From an uncultured Gammaproteobacteria bacterium (GTDB taxonomy: Bacteria; Patescibacteriota; Patescibacteriia; PEXW01), in assembly GCA_964486505.1 (NCBI GenBank), contig CAZAMC010000001.1:106133-170132 (forward strand): DNA of 64,000 nucleotides, read 5' to 3'. Below are positions 17,922 through 28,248 of the stretch, one piece after another. A model generated the notes under the pieces. The model saw nothing but the letters and a program-made list of their open reading frames with translations. It was not told the DNA's origin and did not search any database. Both the position numbers and the translations under genes were made by a program. Numbering within the stretch: position 1 is the first letter of the stretch; each line of letters opens with the position of its first letter.

Positions 17922-19369
17922 TGGGCAGGCCGCAAGGTTGGGAACAGAATGACTTCTTTAAGGCTGTGGCTGCCAGTGACTATTGCTGCTAAGCGATCAA
18001 TGCCAATTCCCGCTCCGGCGGTTGGGGGCATGCCGTATTCCATGGCTTCGACAAAGGTCGGGTCAGAGCCCTCGGCTTCTTCATCCCCCTTCGCTCGCAG
18101 TGCTTCCTGCTCAGCAAAGCGTTGAGCTTGATCTAGGGGGTCGTTGAGTTCGGTAAACGCTTTCACAACTTCTGCCCCGGCAATAACAAGTTGGAACATT
18201 TCTACAACCCGGGGGTCGGTGGCTTTTCGTTTTGCCAATGGCGAAAGCTCTACTGGGTAGTCCATAACAAATGTTGGCCGGTGGACGGTTGGCCGGACAG
18301 TGCTCTTCCAAAGCGTATCAATGAGTTTGCCGCGGCCCACATGGGCATCTACCTTTGCTCCGCACTTTTTCACGGCAGCCTTGAGTTCGGCCATCGTTGC
18401 CTCCAGCACGTGTACACCGGTTGCTTCTTGAATCGCGCTCACGTAGGAAAGTCGTGGAAACGGCGGCGTGAAGTCCAGGAGCTTCCCATCAACTTCAATC
18501 CTGAGCGAGCCCCGCACGCGCTCCACAGCGCGGGTCACCAGCTGCTCGCAAAAGTCCATCATGCGCGCGTAGTCCCAGTAGGCAGCGTAAAATTCAATCT
18601 GTGTAAATTCTGGATTGTGCTGAGTATCAATCCCTTCGTTTCGGAAGCACCGGGCAACTTCGTAGACGCGTTCAATACCGCCAATAATGAGCCGTTTGAG
18701 GTACAACTCGGGTGCGACACGGAGGTACAGGTCGGTATCTAGAACATTGTGGTGCGTCACGAATGGCTTAGCGGCCGCCCCTCCGGCGATACTCTGCAGA
18801 ATTGGAGTTTCCACTTCCAAAAAACCAGCTTCCTCAAATCCTGCGCGCAGTGACTGGAGCAACGTTGAGCGCTGCTTCGCCACCGCAGTTGCTTGGGGGT
18901 TTGCGAGCAGGTCTAACTCACGCTGACGGTACCGCTGCTCGGTATCCGTGAGTCCGTGGACAGGGTCGGGTAACGGGCGTAAGGCCTTTGCTAGTAGGGC
19001 TACCGCACTCGCTTTCAGGCTTGGTTCCCCGGCCTTTGTGGTGAACCGTTCCCCTGTTACCTGTAAGATATCGCCAATGTCGAGTCGGACAATGAGTTCG
19101 TAGACAGACTCACCAAGTTCTGCGCGTGAGCAAAAAATTTGGAAACGCGCGGATGCATCTTCCAGGTCGAGGAATGTTGAACCGCCATGCCGTCGAAGAC
19201 CTCGAATGCGTCCAACCACTGTGTACTGGGCACTCCCCTCTCCGCTTGCTACCTGGGCAAGCGTGTGGGTGCGATGGACTTCGCTGGGGTAGGGTTGAAC
19301 CCCTTGCGTCCGGAGTTCTTCCAGACGCTGTAATCGGACGGAACGTTCATCATTAATATCTACGGGCAT
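17918..19369 (-). CDS. lysS: Lysyl-tRNA synthetase, class II
   Basis: N-terminal OB-fold anticodon-binding region. Class II motifs FRNEGIDTQHNPEFT and GIGIDRLAAIVTG. Confidence 0.9.
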   Translation of the reverse strand: MPVDINDERSVRLQRLEELRTQGVQPYPSEVHRTHTLAQVASGEGSAQYTVVGRIRGLRRHGGSTFLDLEDASARFQIFCSRAELGESVYELIVRLDIGDILQVTGERFTTKAGEPSLKASAVALLAKALRPLPDPVHGLTDTEQRYRQRELDLLANPQATAVAKQRSTLLQSLRAGFEEAGFLEVETPILQSIAGGAAAKPFVTHHNVLDTDLYLRVAPELYLKRLIIGGIERVYEVARCFRNEGIDTQHNPEFTQIEFYAAYWDYARMMDFCEQLVTRAVERVRGSLRIEVDGKLLDFTPPFPRLSYVSAIQEATGVHVLEATMAELKAAVKKCGAKVDAHVGRGKLIDTLWKSTVRPTVHRPTFVMDYPVELSPLAKRKATDPRVVEMFQLVIAGAEVVKAFTELNDPLDQAQRFAEQEALRAKGDEEAEGSDPTFVEAMEYGMPPTAGAGIGIDRLAAIVTGSHSLKEVILFPTLRPAQ

Positions 19370-19400
19370 ACTGTGTTTGTACCATGTTTTGTGCTCCTGG

Positions 19401-19435
19401 GCAACAAAAAACGCCCCTTTTACAGGGCGTTTGGT
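19401..19435 (-). terminator. Rho-independent terminator downstream of greA
   Basis: 8-bp GC-rich stem (AAACGCCC/GGGCGTTT) with an 8-nt loop. Followed on the minus strand by a U-tract (complement of A403-A410). Confidence 0.6.
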
Positions 19436-19442
19436 GCTTCAC

Positions 19443-19910
19443 CTAGGAAATTTTTTCAATGCGGGCTTCTAGCTCGCCTCGGGGGGTTCGAATGCTTGTG
19501 GTGTCCCCTACCCGACGGCCTAGGAAGGCCTGGCCCAGGGGTGAGGCGTTTGAGATTCGGCCTTCCGCTGGATTTGCTTCGTTTGAGCCAACAATAGTGT
19601 AGGTAACCTCCTGCTTGTCCATTTTCACCGTTACTGTAGAACCAACCTGCACGACGCCAGACGCTGTGTGGGTAATGAGCTCAGCATTCTTCAGCATGAC
19701 TTCCAGTTCAACAATACGGCCTTCAACAAAAGACTGCTCGTTCTTCGCTTCTTGGTACTCGGCATTTTCCGAAAGATCGCCAAGCTCTTTCGCCTCCTGG
19801 ATCCGGTCCGCAAGTTCTTTCCGCTTGACGGTTTTTAATCTATGCAATTCGGCTTGGAGTTTTTCAAAGCCTTCGGCAGTGACGTACTGGGGTGTTCCCA
19901 TAAGAACCAC
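19443..19910 (-). CDS. greA: Transcription elongation factor GreA
   Basis: N-terminal coiled coil with the conserved acidic tip (LSENAEYQEAK). C-terminal FKBP-like domain (VQVGSTVTV...GRISNASPLGQAFLGRRVGD). Confidence 0.9.
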   Translation of the reverse strand: MVLMGTPQYVTAEGFEKLQAELHRLKTVKRKELADRIQEAKELGDLSENAEYQEAKNEQSFVEGRIVELEVMLKNAELITHTASGVVQVGSTVTVKMDKQEVTYTIVGSNEANPAEGRISNASPLGQAFLGRRVGDTTSIRTPRGELEARIEKIS

Positions 19911-19979
19911 AAAAAAATGTGAAACGTGGTTGAAAGGATACGGCTTGGACTGCGGGCTGTCAACCCAGGAAAAAATCCG

Positions 19980-21929
19980 CTATTCTTGGCCCTTTTTACC
20001 CTGGGTAAGCCAGTAGCGCATCCCGTCCTCGGCCACGGGTAGGGCGGCCGCATGCCCTTCACCACCGCCTTCTACAATCACCGCAATGGCAATAGTTGGA
20101 TTTTCATAGGGCGCAAACCCTATGAACCAGGCGTGGGTTTTGTTGCTCGTGCCAAATTGAGCAGTGCCTGTTTTGCCAGCAACTGGTGTGCCCAACCCCT
20201 GCAAGCGCCGTGCGCTTCCATTCGTTACTGCTTGGCGCATGCCTTGACGTACCGTGTCCAAAACTTCTTGGTGCTGGACTGGCGTGCGAATAACTTCCGC
20301 CTTCTGCTCATGCTTCATCCCGTCGGCAGTTTCAAACGCCTGAACGATATGCGGCTTGTACAACGTTCCACGATTGGCAATGGCTGAGGTCGAGAGTGCC
20401 ATTTGCAAAGGGGTCACGAGAAGGTCGCCTTGGCCAATGGCAAAATGGTAGGTATCGCCAACGTACCACGGCTCTTTTTTCGTTTCCTCCTTCCAAGCTT
20501 TTGAGGGTAAGAATCCCCCTCGTTCACCCGGCAAATCAATGCCGGTTGGCGCGCCCAGACCAAACGCTCGAGCATACTGTGTCATCCGGTCGATGCCCAA
20601 GCCATCAAAAGTATCGGTCCCGCCCCCAATAGTGTAGAAAAAAGTATTTACCGAATCGGCGATGGCTTTCGCAACGTCGGTTGAACCGTGTCCGCCAGCT
20701 TTCCAGTCTGGGAAGAACCACTTATCAATGCGAATGCCGCCAGTACTCATGATTGTGGTCTGCGGACTAATGACCCCTTGATCGAGCGCCGCGGATGCAA
20801 TGACTGGTTTAATCGTGGAGCCGGATGGGTACTCGCCCGCAATGGCGCGGAAGAACAACGGCCGTTGAGGATCTTCCAGAAGCATTTTGTACTTTTCCGC
20901 ATCCAAACCAGAAACAAAGTCGTTGCTATTAAAAGTCGGTGCGGTAACCAGTGCCAGAACCCCGCCGGTCTGGGGGTCAATGGCTACCGCTGCCCCGCCC
21001 GTTGAGTGCACAGCGCGCACCATGCTCTTCAATGAGTCGGCGAGTTTTTCCTGAAGCCCAAGGTCAAGAGTTGTGTGCAAATTTTGGCCAGGCACTGCCG
21101 CTTCCGAAGCAACAACCTTTTGCTCACGACGCTGGGCATTTACTTCCACTGACGTTCGCTCGCTCTGCCCTCGAAGTTGGCTCTCATACTCTGCTTCTAG
21201 TCCAGTCTTGCCGATGACATCGTTGAAACGGTACTCGCTGGACTGTGTCCCCCGTAATTCTTGCCACTCGGTATCCGAGAGCTTGCCGGTATACCCAAGC
21301 ACGGGGCTTAAGCTAGAACTTACCGTGTACTGCCGCCGGGGCATTGCTTCGACCCGAGCGGCGGCAGACTCGTGAAGCCGGACACGAAAACGCATGGCGT
21401 CTTCGTACGAAACGTGCTCGCGCACTGGAATTGCATCGGTGCTTGTGTGCTCCACTTGAGCGAGCGCTTTCTCTATGTCGGCAACGGGCGTATTAATGAT
21501 TTCACTTATCTTTTGAAGCTCCCGAGTTTTTTCCGCTTCATCTCGGCTAAGGTCCGCGGGTATAATGCCCACGAGAAATTCTGCGACATTTGCAACCAGC
21601 GCTTTGCCCAACCGGTCGTAAATGATGCCTCGGGGTGCAGCATAGGAGTACTGCCGGACCCGATTTTCCTCAGCGCTTGTCCGCATTGCATTGCCCTGGA
21701 GGATCTGAAGCCAGCCCGCGCGGCCAAAGAGAATAATTGCTAGTACGGTAAAAGCAATGGCCGCCACGCGGAGGCGATTTGGTTGTACCTGGTGCTTCAG
21801 GGTTGGAGACTCTGAATCTTGGGCATCCAGCGTAGCATCTGCGTACTCAAAGCTCTGGAAACGCCGGAGAATTCGGGAGCGTCCAAGGCCAGCAGGTGGA
21901 ACGATGTCGAAAGGATTAGCGCGAGGCAT
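19980..21929 (-). CDS. mrdA: Penicillin-binding protein 2 (class B transpeptidase, elongasome)
   Basis: N-terminal TM. SGSTIKP (SxxK), SNDF-like and KTGTAQ motifs. Genomic position downstream of mreBCD. Confidence 0.85.
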   Translation of the reverse strand: MPRANPFDIVPPAGLGRSRILRRFQSFEYADATLDAQDSESPTLKHQVQPNRLRVAAIAFTVLAIILFGRAGWLQILQGNAMRTSAEENRVRQYSYAAPRGIIYDRLGKALVANVAEFLVGIIPADLSRDEAEKTRELQKISEIINTPVADIEKALAQVEHTSTDAIPVREHVSYEDAMRFRVRLHESAAARVEAMPRRQYTVSSSLSPVLGYTGKLSDTEWQELRGTQSSEYRFNDVIGKTGLEAEYESQLRGQSERTSVEVNAQRREQKVVASEAAVPGQNLHTTLDLGLQEKLADSLKSMVRAVHSTGGAAVAIDPQTGGVLALVTAPTFNSNDFVSGLDAEKYKMLLEDPQRPLFFRAIAGEYPSGSTIKPVIASAALDQGVISPQTTIMSTGGIRIDKWFFPDWKAGGHGSTDVAKAIADSVNTFFYTIGGGTDTFDGLGIDRMTQYARAFGLGAPTGIDLPGERGGFLPSKAWKEETKKEPWYVGDTYHFAIGQGDLLVTPLQMALSTSAIANRGTLYKPHIVQAFETADGMKHEQKAEVIRTPVQHQEVLDTVRQGMRQAVTNGSARRLQGLGTPVAGKTGTAQFGTSNKTHAWFIGFAPYENPTIAIAVIVEGGGEGHAAALPVAEDGMRYWLTQGKKGQE

Positions 21930-22437
21930 AGATGAATCGTCGGGAGACAGACCGCAGTATAGCCCGAATAGTTATACCCAGGGCAATGGTCACTGTGCAC
22001 TCTAGCATGTAAAGGCGTAAGGATGACCACCCCGCCCACGCTTCGTGTACGTCTGACGACAGAACCCCAGAGGCGTATGCAAAACTCTGGAGGGTAAGGT
22101 GAGCACCATGAGCGACTGCGAGGCCGGCAATGGTTATGCCGATCAGAGACATGCTTGAATGATTCGTTAACCAGCGCCGCTGAATAATGGTCGCCACGCC
22201 AAAACTGCAGAGCACACTTACCGTGGCAAGCGGCAGCTGCTGGGCGTACATGAGGTCTACGAAAACCGCCGCTGGACCAACCGCGTAGGCAACCCAGGTT
22301 TCTTTGCCCAACCAAACAGCGAGAACTGCGCATGCGGGCAAGACCGCTGGGACCCAACCAGCGTCACTTAAGGCCCCAAAGCCAACCTGCCCGGCAAAAA
22401 GGAGTATTGTTCCCACGCTGGCGCTGAGAAAAGCCAT
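21916..22437 (-). CDS. mreD: Rod shape-determining protein MreD (probable)
   Basis: Polytopic 173-aa membrane protein located between mreC and PBP2, the canonical mreD position. No diagnostic motif. Confidence 0.5.
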   Translation of the reverse strand: MAFLSASVGTILLFAGQVGFGALSDAGWVPAVLPACAVLAVWLGKETWVAYAVGPAAVFVDLMYAQQLPLATVSVLCSFGVATIIQRRWLTNHSSMSLIGITIAGLAVAHGAHLTLQSFAYASGVLSSDVHEAWAGWSSLRLYMLECTVTIALGITIRAILRSVSRRFIYASR

Positions 22438-22439
22438 GC

Positions 22440-23234
22440 TTACTGTAAGATGGTTACCACAGAGAGTTGGTCATAGGCCAGTGACGGTATGACACTGGCG
22501 TTTTGGAATAGCGCTCCCGGCACTTCTTCCAACGTCGCAATGGATCCAATGAGAAGGTTGCTGGGAATGCGGGGGTCAACATCCGCGGTCATAACGAGTT
22601 GACGTTCGGCAATCGTTTCCCCTTTGGGTACCAAGGTGAGTTGCATGCCCACGCCTCGCTCGCCAACCAGCACGCCCGATGGCCCATCCTGGCGCTCAAC
22701 GCGCACAGCAATATCGGTGCCTTCGGCGGTGAGGAGCCGTACTTCGGTCGTGGCGGGGGCCACGGCTGTTACTACCCCAATTAAAATACCCTCATTCGCA
22801 ATCACGGGGGCTCCGGTACGGATCCCCTCTTGCGACCCAACATCCACGAGCAAAACTTGAGCGCTCGTTTGCGCGCGACCAACCACCCGACCAGCCACCC
22901 CTTTCAGGGACCGGCGGTTGAGAAAGTCCGATTCTTGACGCAAGAGCTTAAGTTCAGCGAGCTGCTTATCAAGAGCGGTACGTTCAAGTTCCACGTCGGT
23001 CAGCCGTTGTCGCAGGGTTGCGTTTTCGGCTTCGAGAGTGGCACGGGCAGAACGTTCGGCAAAAATGCCTTTCCACCATTCAACAATGGAGTAGGAAACT
23101 CGGCCAATGGGCGTGAGCACTGGCGCAACAAAACGTTGGGCCGGTTTCAGCAGACCGACGCTGAGTAGCACCGCCGCAAAAATGAAGATGACGATTGCCC
23201 AGCCAACGCGTGAAAGCCGCAGAGTGCGTCCCAT
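22440..23234 (-). CDS. mreC: Rod shape-determining protein MreC
   Basis: N-terminal TM, coiled coil (LRQRLTDVELERTALDKQLAELK), C-terminal beta-rich domains. Follows mreB. Confidence 0.8.
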   Translation of the reverse strand: MGRTLRLSRVGWAIVIFIFAAVLLSVGLLKPAQRFVAPVLTPIGRVSYSIVEWWKGIFAERSARATLEAENATLRQRLTDVELERTALDKQLAELKLLRQESDFLNRRSLKGVAGRVVGRAQTSAQVLLVDVGSQEGIRTGAPVIANEGILIGVVTAVAPATTEVRLLTAEGTDIAVRVERQDGPSGVLVGERGVGMQLTLVPKGETIAERQLVMTADVDPRIPSNLLIGSIATLEEVPGALFQNASVIPSLAYDQLSVVTILQ

Positions 23235-23235
23235 A

Positions 23236-24300
23236 CTACCGCTTGGCTCCTGTGCCTTCAGCTTCCGTTGAGAGAACGAGAGAGTTGCGTAGAGTATCTA
23301 AATCTTCTAAAACTATGCCCGCGCCCCGCACAACGGCAGTGAGGGGGTCATCGGCCACGTGGACAGCGATTTTCGTTTGGCGCTGTACGAGTTCCGGCAA
23401 CCCACGCAGGAGTGCCCCGCCGCCTGTTAAGAGTATCCCCCGTTGGTGAATGTCTGCGACCAGCTCCGGCGGGGTACTTTCAATAACGCTGCCAATATTC
23501 TCTACGAGCATGCTCAAATTTCGGCTCAGGGCTTCACGGACGTGCTGTCCCATCATCGTTACTTCTTTGGGCAGACCTGTAATGAGGTCACGCCCCCGAA
23601 CTTTTGTCTCCAGAAGGTCATTTTCTTCGGTGGCGCTACCAATGGCAATCTTCGTTTCTTCGGCTGTTCGCTCGCCGATGAGCAAGTTGAAATGTTCCCG
23701 GGCATACTGGGTAATGCTTGAATCAAAAGCATTCCCGGCGGTGCGTAGACTTCGCCACGTTACCACCCCGCCAAGCGAAATAACGGCAATGTCGGTTGTC
23801 CCGCCGCCAATATCTACAACCAGGTTCCCTGCGGCATCTTGGATTGGTAGTCGAGCACCAATTGCTGCCGCCATTGGCTGTTCAATTAAGTACACTTCTC
23901 GGGCGCCCGCATGCAGCGTAGCGTCTTCTACAGCTTTCCGTTCTACTTCAGTTACGCCAAGGGGGATGCCAATGACAACCCGCGGGCGTGGGATAAAGGT
24001 AAAACCTTCCCGGTGTACTTTGTCCACGAAGTAGCGAAGCATTTTTTCTGTTACTTCAAAGTCAGAAATGACGCCGTCGACTAAGGGCTTAGCGGCAATA
24101 ATGTGGCTTGGCGTTTTCCCGACCATCTTCCGCGCTTCGGCGCCCACGGCTAGAATCTGCTCGGTTCGGGTGTTTACCGCAACGACTGACGGCTCATTGA
24201 TCATGATGCCCTTCCCTTTCACGTACACAAGGGTACTCGAAGTCCCCAGGTCTATGCCGAGGTCTCGGGAAAAACGGCCGAGAATACGATCGAATATCAT
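23236..24300 (-). CDS. mreB: Rod shape-determining protein MreB
   Basis: DLGIDLGTSSTLVYV, VDIGGGTTD and GGALLRG actin-fold motifs. Confidence 0.9.
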   Translation of the reverse strand: MIFDRILGRFSRDLGIDLGTSSTLVYVKGKGIMINEPSVVAVNTRTEQILAVGAEARKMVGKTPSHIIAAKPLVDGVISDFEVTEKMLRYFVDKVHREGFTFIPRPRVVIGIPLGVTEVERKAVEDATLHAGAREVYLIEQPMAAAIGARLPIQDAAGNLVVDIGGGTTDIAVISLGGVVTWRSLRTAGNAFDSSITQYAREHFNLLIGERTAEETKIAIGSATEENDLLETKVRGRDLITGLPKEVTMMGQHVREALSRNLSMLVENIGSVIESTPPELVADIHQRGILLTGGGALLRGLPELVQRQTKIAVHVADDPLTAVVRGAGIVLEDLDTLRNSLVLSTEAEGTGAKR

Positions 24301-25523
24301 AGGTCGTGAATAATCTTTCGGGCGGCAGCCTCTGGTACAACTTGAACGTTACCGGTTCCTCGTTCAGTTATCTCAACGTTATCACCATGCCGAGCGCTGA
24401 AGACCACCCGCACGGGCATGCCCAGAAGGTCAGCGTCCTTCAGTTTAAAGCCCGGGCTAACTTCACGGTCGTCAAATAGCACAGTATCAGCAAATTCGTC
24501 TGCAAATTTTTCCGCACGCGCTTGGAGCTGGGCATCGGCCTTGCCAGCCACCAGGAGGTGCGCTGAAAACGGCGCGACGCTCGCCGGCCACACCAAGCCC
24601 CGCTCATCTGCGTGAACTTCTGCAATGGCACCGACGAGTCGGGAAACCCCAATGCCGTAGCTCGCTACGAATAACGGTTGACGCTGCCCTTTCGCATCCG
24701 TAAAGGTGCAGCGCATGTCTGTACCGTAGTACGAGCCAAAGTTAAAGGTATTTCCAACTTCGATACTCTTCTCCACGGCTGCGGGCTTTGAGCAGGCTGG
24801 GCAGATGGTTTCGGCGCCAAGTTCAACGTTCTGGGCAAAGCCACAGTGCGAGCAATGCAGTATTCGGTCTTCGCCCGCCTCGCTGAGCACCTGAAATTCA
24901 TGGCTATGGCGTTTGGTAAATGTCCCGCCCGATGCTTCGGTTTTTAAGGCTTGGAGTTTGCACCGTTCAAAGATTTTTTGGTAGGCCACATGCACAGCAC
25001 TGTAGTATGTGTCGAGATCTGCAGCAGAGCCGTGAAAGCTGTAAAGATCTTTCATGAGAAATTCTCGTCCGCGCATGACGCCTGACTTTGCCCGTGGCTC
25101 ATTTCGGAACTTCCATTGAATTTGGAAGAGCCGAAGCGGGATGTCACGGTAGGTGGGTTGACTTCGCCGCACGAGGTCGACAATGACTTCCTCGTGGGTT
25201 GTGGCGAGGCCAACGGCATGGTGGTGACCATCATCAAACTGGTACATGATTTCTCGGAGAGTATTCCAACGACCGGTTTCATCCCAAAGGCCTTTGGGTT
25301 GGAGGGCCGGCATAAGAACTTCACTGGCGCCTATACGCGTGTGCTCTTCTCGGATAATGCGAGAAATGTTTTCTAAGACTCGGTGGCCAAGGGGTAGCCA
25401 GCTGTAAACACCGGCATGCAGTTTGTCTACAAATCCCGCTTGCTGCAAAAGCTTGCCATTCCGGGAGACCTCGTCGGCGGGAGCAGCGTTCTGCGTGGGA
25501 ATGAAGAGTGATCGGAAGCGCAT
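24297..25523 (-). CDS. proS: Prolyl-tRNA synthetase, short bacterial-like form without the large editing insertion
   Basis: Class II motifs FRNEPRAKSGVMRGREFLMKD and GIGVSRLVGA. 408 aa. CxHC...CPAC cluster where the INS domain would sit. Confidence 0.8.
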   Translation of the reverse strand: MRFRSLFIPTQNAAPADEVSRNGKLLQQAGFVDKLHAGVYSWLPLGHRVLENISRIIREEHTRIGASEVLMPALQPKGLWDETGRWNTLREIMYQFDDGHHHAVGLATTHEEVIVDLVRRSQPTYRDIPLRLFQIQWKFRNEPRAKSGVMRGREFLMKDLYSFHGSAADLDTYYSAVHVAYQKIFERCKLQALKTEASGGTFTKRHSHEFQVLSEAGEDRILHCSHCGFAQNVELGAETICPACSKPAAVEKSIEVGNTFNFGSYYGTDMRCTFTDAKGQRQPLFVASYGIGVSRLVGAIAEVHADERGLVWPASVAPFSAHLLVAGKADAQLQARAEKFADEFADTVLFDDREVSPGFKLKDADLLGMPVRVVFSARHGDNVEITERGTGNVQVVPEAAARKIIHDL

Positions 25524-25528
25524 AGATT

Positions 25529-26629
25529 TTAGAATAGTCGGTCCCAGAGCGCCCGGACGGCGTCTAGGCGGAGGACATCCCGCAAAGTAATAAGCGCAAC
25601 GAGAGCGAGCAAAGCAGCAAACCCGGCGCTGTGAATTTTTGCTTCAGTAACGCGACGCAACGGCTTGCCTCGCAACCGCTCTATCGCTAGGAAGAGCACG
25701 CGCCCCCCATCGAGGGCGGGTATAGGCAAAATGTTAATGAGGGCCAAATTCAGGGAAAGGAGGGCGGTAAATTGCAAGATGTACGAGAAGCCGAGTTGGG
25801 CTACTTGGCCAGTCAGCACCGCAATGCCTACTGGTCCGGCCACGTCTGCGCTCACCTGCCCATGGGCAACCAGATTAACAATGAGTTGGGCAAAGGCTTG
25901 AATGATTGCCCAAAATGATTCGTACGTTGCGCGGGCACCTTCCACAATCGCTCGGCCTATGCCAAAAGACACTGTGCCAATTTGTGCCAAGCTGACGCCC
26001 AGGCCGGTGTTCTCGGTACCGGGAATAAGTGCGAGCGGTATTGTTTTCTCCTGTACCAGCCCATTACGCTCATACTGAACCCGCACATCTTGTGCGCTGA
26101 CGTTGCGGGTCCGCTGCTGGACTTGGGTGGGTAGTGTAGTTGCTACTCCGTCAATGCTGACTACCACGTCGCCCGGTTGAAGGCCGGCTTTCGCCGCAGC
26201 AGACCCGTCTGCCACGGCAATAACTTGCAGTTCAACATTTCGCACCTTCGCCCCCGCGGGTGCCCCTTCAGTAACATCGGTTGGTAACCCAGAGGCAAAA
26301 CCTATAGCAAAAACGCCAAAAGCCAAAATGATATTCATCACAACGCCGGCAACCAGGATAATGAAGCGGCGCCAAGCATCAGCCCTAACAAAGCTACCCG
26401 CATCCTGCTCTTCTCCGTCTTCACCGTGCAGACGTACAAACCCCCCAACGGGAATCCAGTTAATGCTGTAGGTTGTTTCCTTTCGGCGAATGCCCCATAG
26501 GCGGGGTGGGAAACCAAACCCAAATTCCTTCACTTTTACCCCCAAAAGCCGCGCCGCACAGAAGTGCCCAAACTCATGGACGAAGACCAGCAGGCTCAGG
26601 ACGATGATGAAGATGAGAATTGGTGGCAT
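25529..26629 (-). CDS. rseP: RIP site-2 metalloprotease RseP
   Basis: HEFGHF motif in the first TM. PDZ-like middle region. LDGG motif near the C-terminus. Four TM segments. Confidence 0.85.
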   Translation of the reverse strand: MPPILIFIIVLSLLVFVHEFGHFCAARLLGVKVKEFGFGFPPRLWGIRRKETTYSINWIPVGGFVRLHGEDGEEQDAGSFVRADAWRRFIILVAGVVMNIILAFGVFAIGFASGLPTDVTEGAPAGAKVRNVELQVIAVADGSAAAKAGLQPGDVVVSIDGVATTLPTQVQQRTRNVSAQDVRVQYERNGLVQEKTIPLALIPGTENTGLGVSLAQIGTVSFGIGRAIVEGARATYESFWAIIQAFAQLIVNLVAHGQVSADVAGPVGIAVLTGQVAQLGFSYILQFTALLSLNLALINILPIPALDGGRVLFLAIERLRGKPLRRVTEAKIHSAGFAALLALVALITLRDVLRLDAVRALWDRLF

Positions 26630-26631
26630 GC

Positions 26632-27183
26632 TTAGATATTCGTCAATTCCGCCTCTTTCTGGTCACCAAGTTTTTGAATTCGATCAGTGCAGTCATCAAC
26701 AAATGCTTGCAAGGTTTTAAGTTCCTGGGCCGCAATGTCTTCGGAAAGATCGCCATCGCGTTCACGCTGCTTTACCTGCTTCTGTACATCTTCGCGTACC
26801 CCCCGGACTCCCACCTTAGCCATCTCTAATTTTTCTCCCACAGTTTTCAACATCTCTCGACGACGCTCCTCGGTGAGCGGTGGGAAGTGTAAGCGGATGA
26901 GGGTTCCTTCAACAGTTGGCATAATGCCTAACGGCGATGCCTGGATGGCCTTCTCCACCGCCTTTACCAGGTTTGGGTCCCACGGTTGGATGAGCAGTTG
27001 CGTTGCCTCAGGGGCGGTAATGCTCGCGGCCTGGATGAGGGGTGTGGGGGCACCGTAGGCGTCAATGCGGATTGACTCGACCATGGCAGGATTTGCTCGC
27101 CCCGTGCGAATACTCTGCAGTTCTTGCTGCAGGTGGGCGAGGACTTTTTCGAAATTGGCTTTTTGCTCGGGGGTCAGGGGCAT
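26632..27183 (-). CDS. frr: Ribosome recycling factor
   Basis: 183 aa. Conserved ESIRIDAYG...P, ITAPEA and RREMLK blocks. Confidence 0.9.
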   Translation of the reverse strand: MPLTPEQKANFEKVLAHLQQELQSIRTGRANPAMVESIRIDAYGAPTPLIQAASITAPEATQLLIQPWDPNLVKAVEKAIQASPLGIMPTVEGTLIRLHFPPLTEERRREMLKTVGEKLEMAKVGVRGVREDVQKQVKQRERDGDLSEDIAAQELKTLQAFVDDCTDRIQKLGDQKEAELTNI

Positions 27184-27192
27184 ACAGAAAGT

Positions 27193-28248
27193 CTACTTGC
27201 GAGGAATGTACGTGCCAATGTACAGCACTGCTGGCCGGCGGGGGTGTGCTAACAGCGTACGTAACTGACGGGCTGAAGGCACATTTTGCAACGTCTGCCA
27301 GGTTTCACCGCCATCTTGCGACCGGTAAAATGTAGAATTTGCGGTAAAGAAGAGTTCTTTCTCGTCAAAGGGGTTTATGGCTACGCTGAGAATCGGTACG
27401 GTGTTCGGGGGGATGACCGTGGGTACCACTTGCCACGAAGCGCCACCATCGCGAGACCGATACAAGCCCGCGTTTGTCGCGGCGTACATCGTTCCAGGAT
27501 TCCGTTCGGTGTAGGTGAAATGGTTGAGCGGTACGGCGCCAGCTTTGCCAAGGGCTTGGCCGATTGAGTCTGACCAGGTAACCCCACGGTCAGTGGAACG
27601 GTACAGTGTTCCACCGACAAGCAAGAACATGATGCTCGGATCATTCTGCAGGATCGTTAAGCGTTCAAGGCCCATACCCGGGAACTGGTAGAGAATGCGC
27701 CACGTAACCCCTTGGTCATCACTTTCCAGGAGTACACCCCCATTTGTCGCGGCGTAGATGTGGCGGCTGTTTGCCGGGTCGAAGCGAACCGCGGTAATCG
27801 TGTTCCCCGGTTGATTCGTGTACACAACATTCCAGGTTTCCCCAGCATCGGCGCTGTACTGCACCGTGTTCGCAACCCCAGCAAACATTAGTTTTGGATC
27901 CTTAGCGTTAATATCAAATCCCTGAATAAAGCCGTTGCTCAATGGGGTGGGCGTCCAGGTCTCTCCATTATTTACGGTTTTCCACAAACCTTGCTCCAAG
28001 GTGCTCATGTACACGGTTGCGCCGTCTTCTGGATGAAGGTAGAAGAAACCAACGTTGGCATTGTTTAAGGTGACTTTTCCGCTTTCTTCATCGCGTACAA
28101 AGACCCGCTGTTCCCACGTTACGCCACGGTCTACTGAAAAAAACATCCCGCCGTCACCAGAAGCCGCTCCCCCACCGCCGGTGTTAATGGAGATGGCACA
28201 ACTGGAGAGAAAAACCACGACTAGCGCAAGACCAAGAATTCTTTTCAT
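27193..28248 (-). CDS. BNR/Asp-box repeat beta-propeller lipoprotein
   Basis: Lipobox-like signal (VVFLSSCAI). At least seven S-x-D-x-G-x-T-W repeats (SVDRGVTW, TVNNGETW, SADAGETW, DDQGVTW, STDRGVTW, SRDGGASW, SQDGGETW). Confidence 0.7.
   Translation of the reverse strand: MKRILGLALVVVFLSSCAISINTGGGGAASGDGGMFFSVDRGVTWEQRVFVRDEESGKVTLNNANVGFFYLHPEDGATVYMSTLEQGLWKTVNNGETWTPTPLSNGFIQGFDINAKDPKLMFAGVANTVQYSADAGETWNVVYTNQPGNTITAVRFDPANSRHIYAATNGGVLLESDDQGVTWRILYQFPGMGLERLTILQNDPSIMFLLVGGTLYRSTDRGVTWSDSIGQALGKAGAVPLNHFTYTERNPGTMYAATNAGLYRSRDGGASWQVVPTVIPPNTVPILSVAINPFDEKELFFTANSTFYRSQDGGETWQTLQNVPSARQLRTLLAHPRRPAVLYIGTYIPRK

Noticed and set aside
24297-25523. Cys4 cluster (CSHCGF...CPACS) in ProRS as a novel zinc-ribbon insertion
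   Set aside because: I recall that several bacterial ProRS carry a CxxC-containing segment near this position. Without an alignment I cannot claim novelty.
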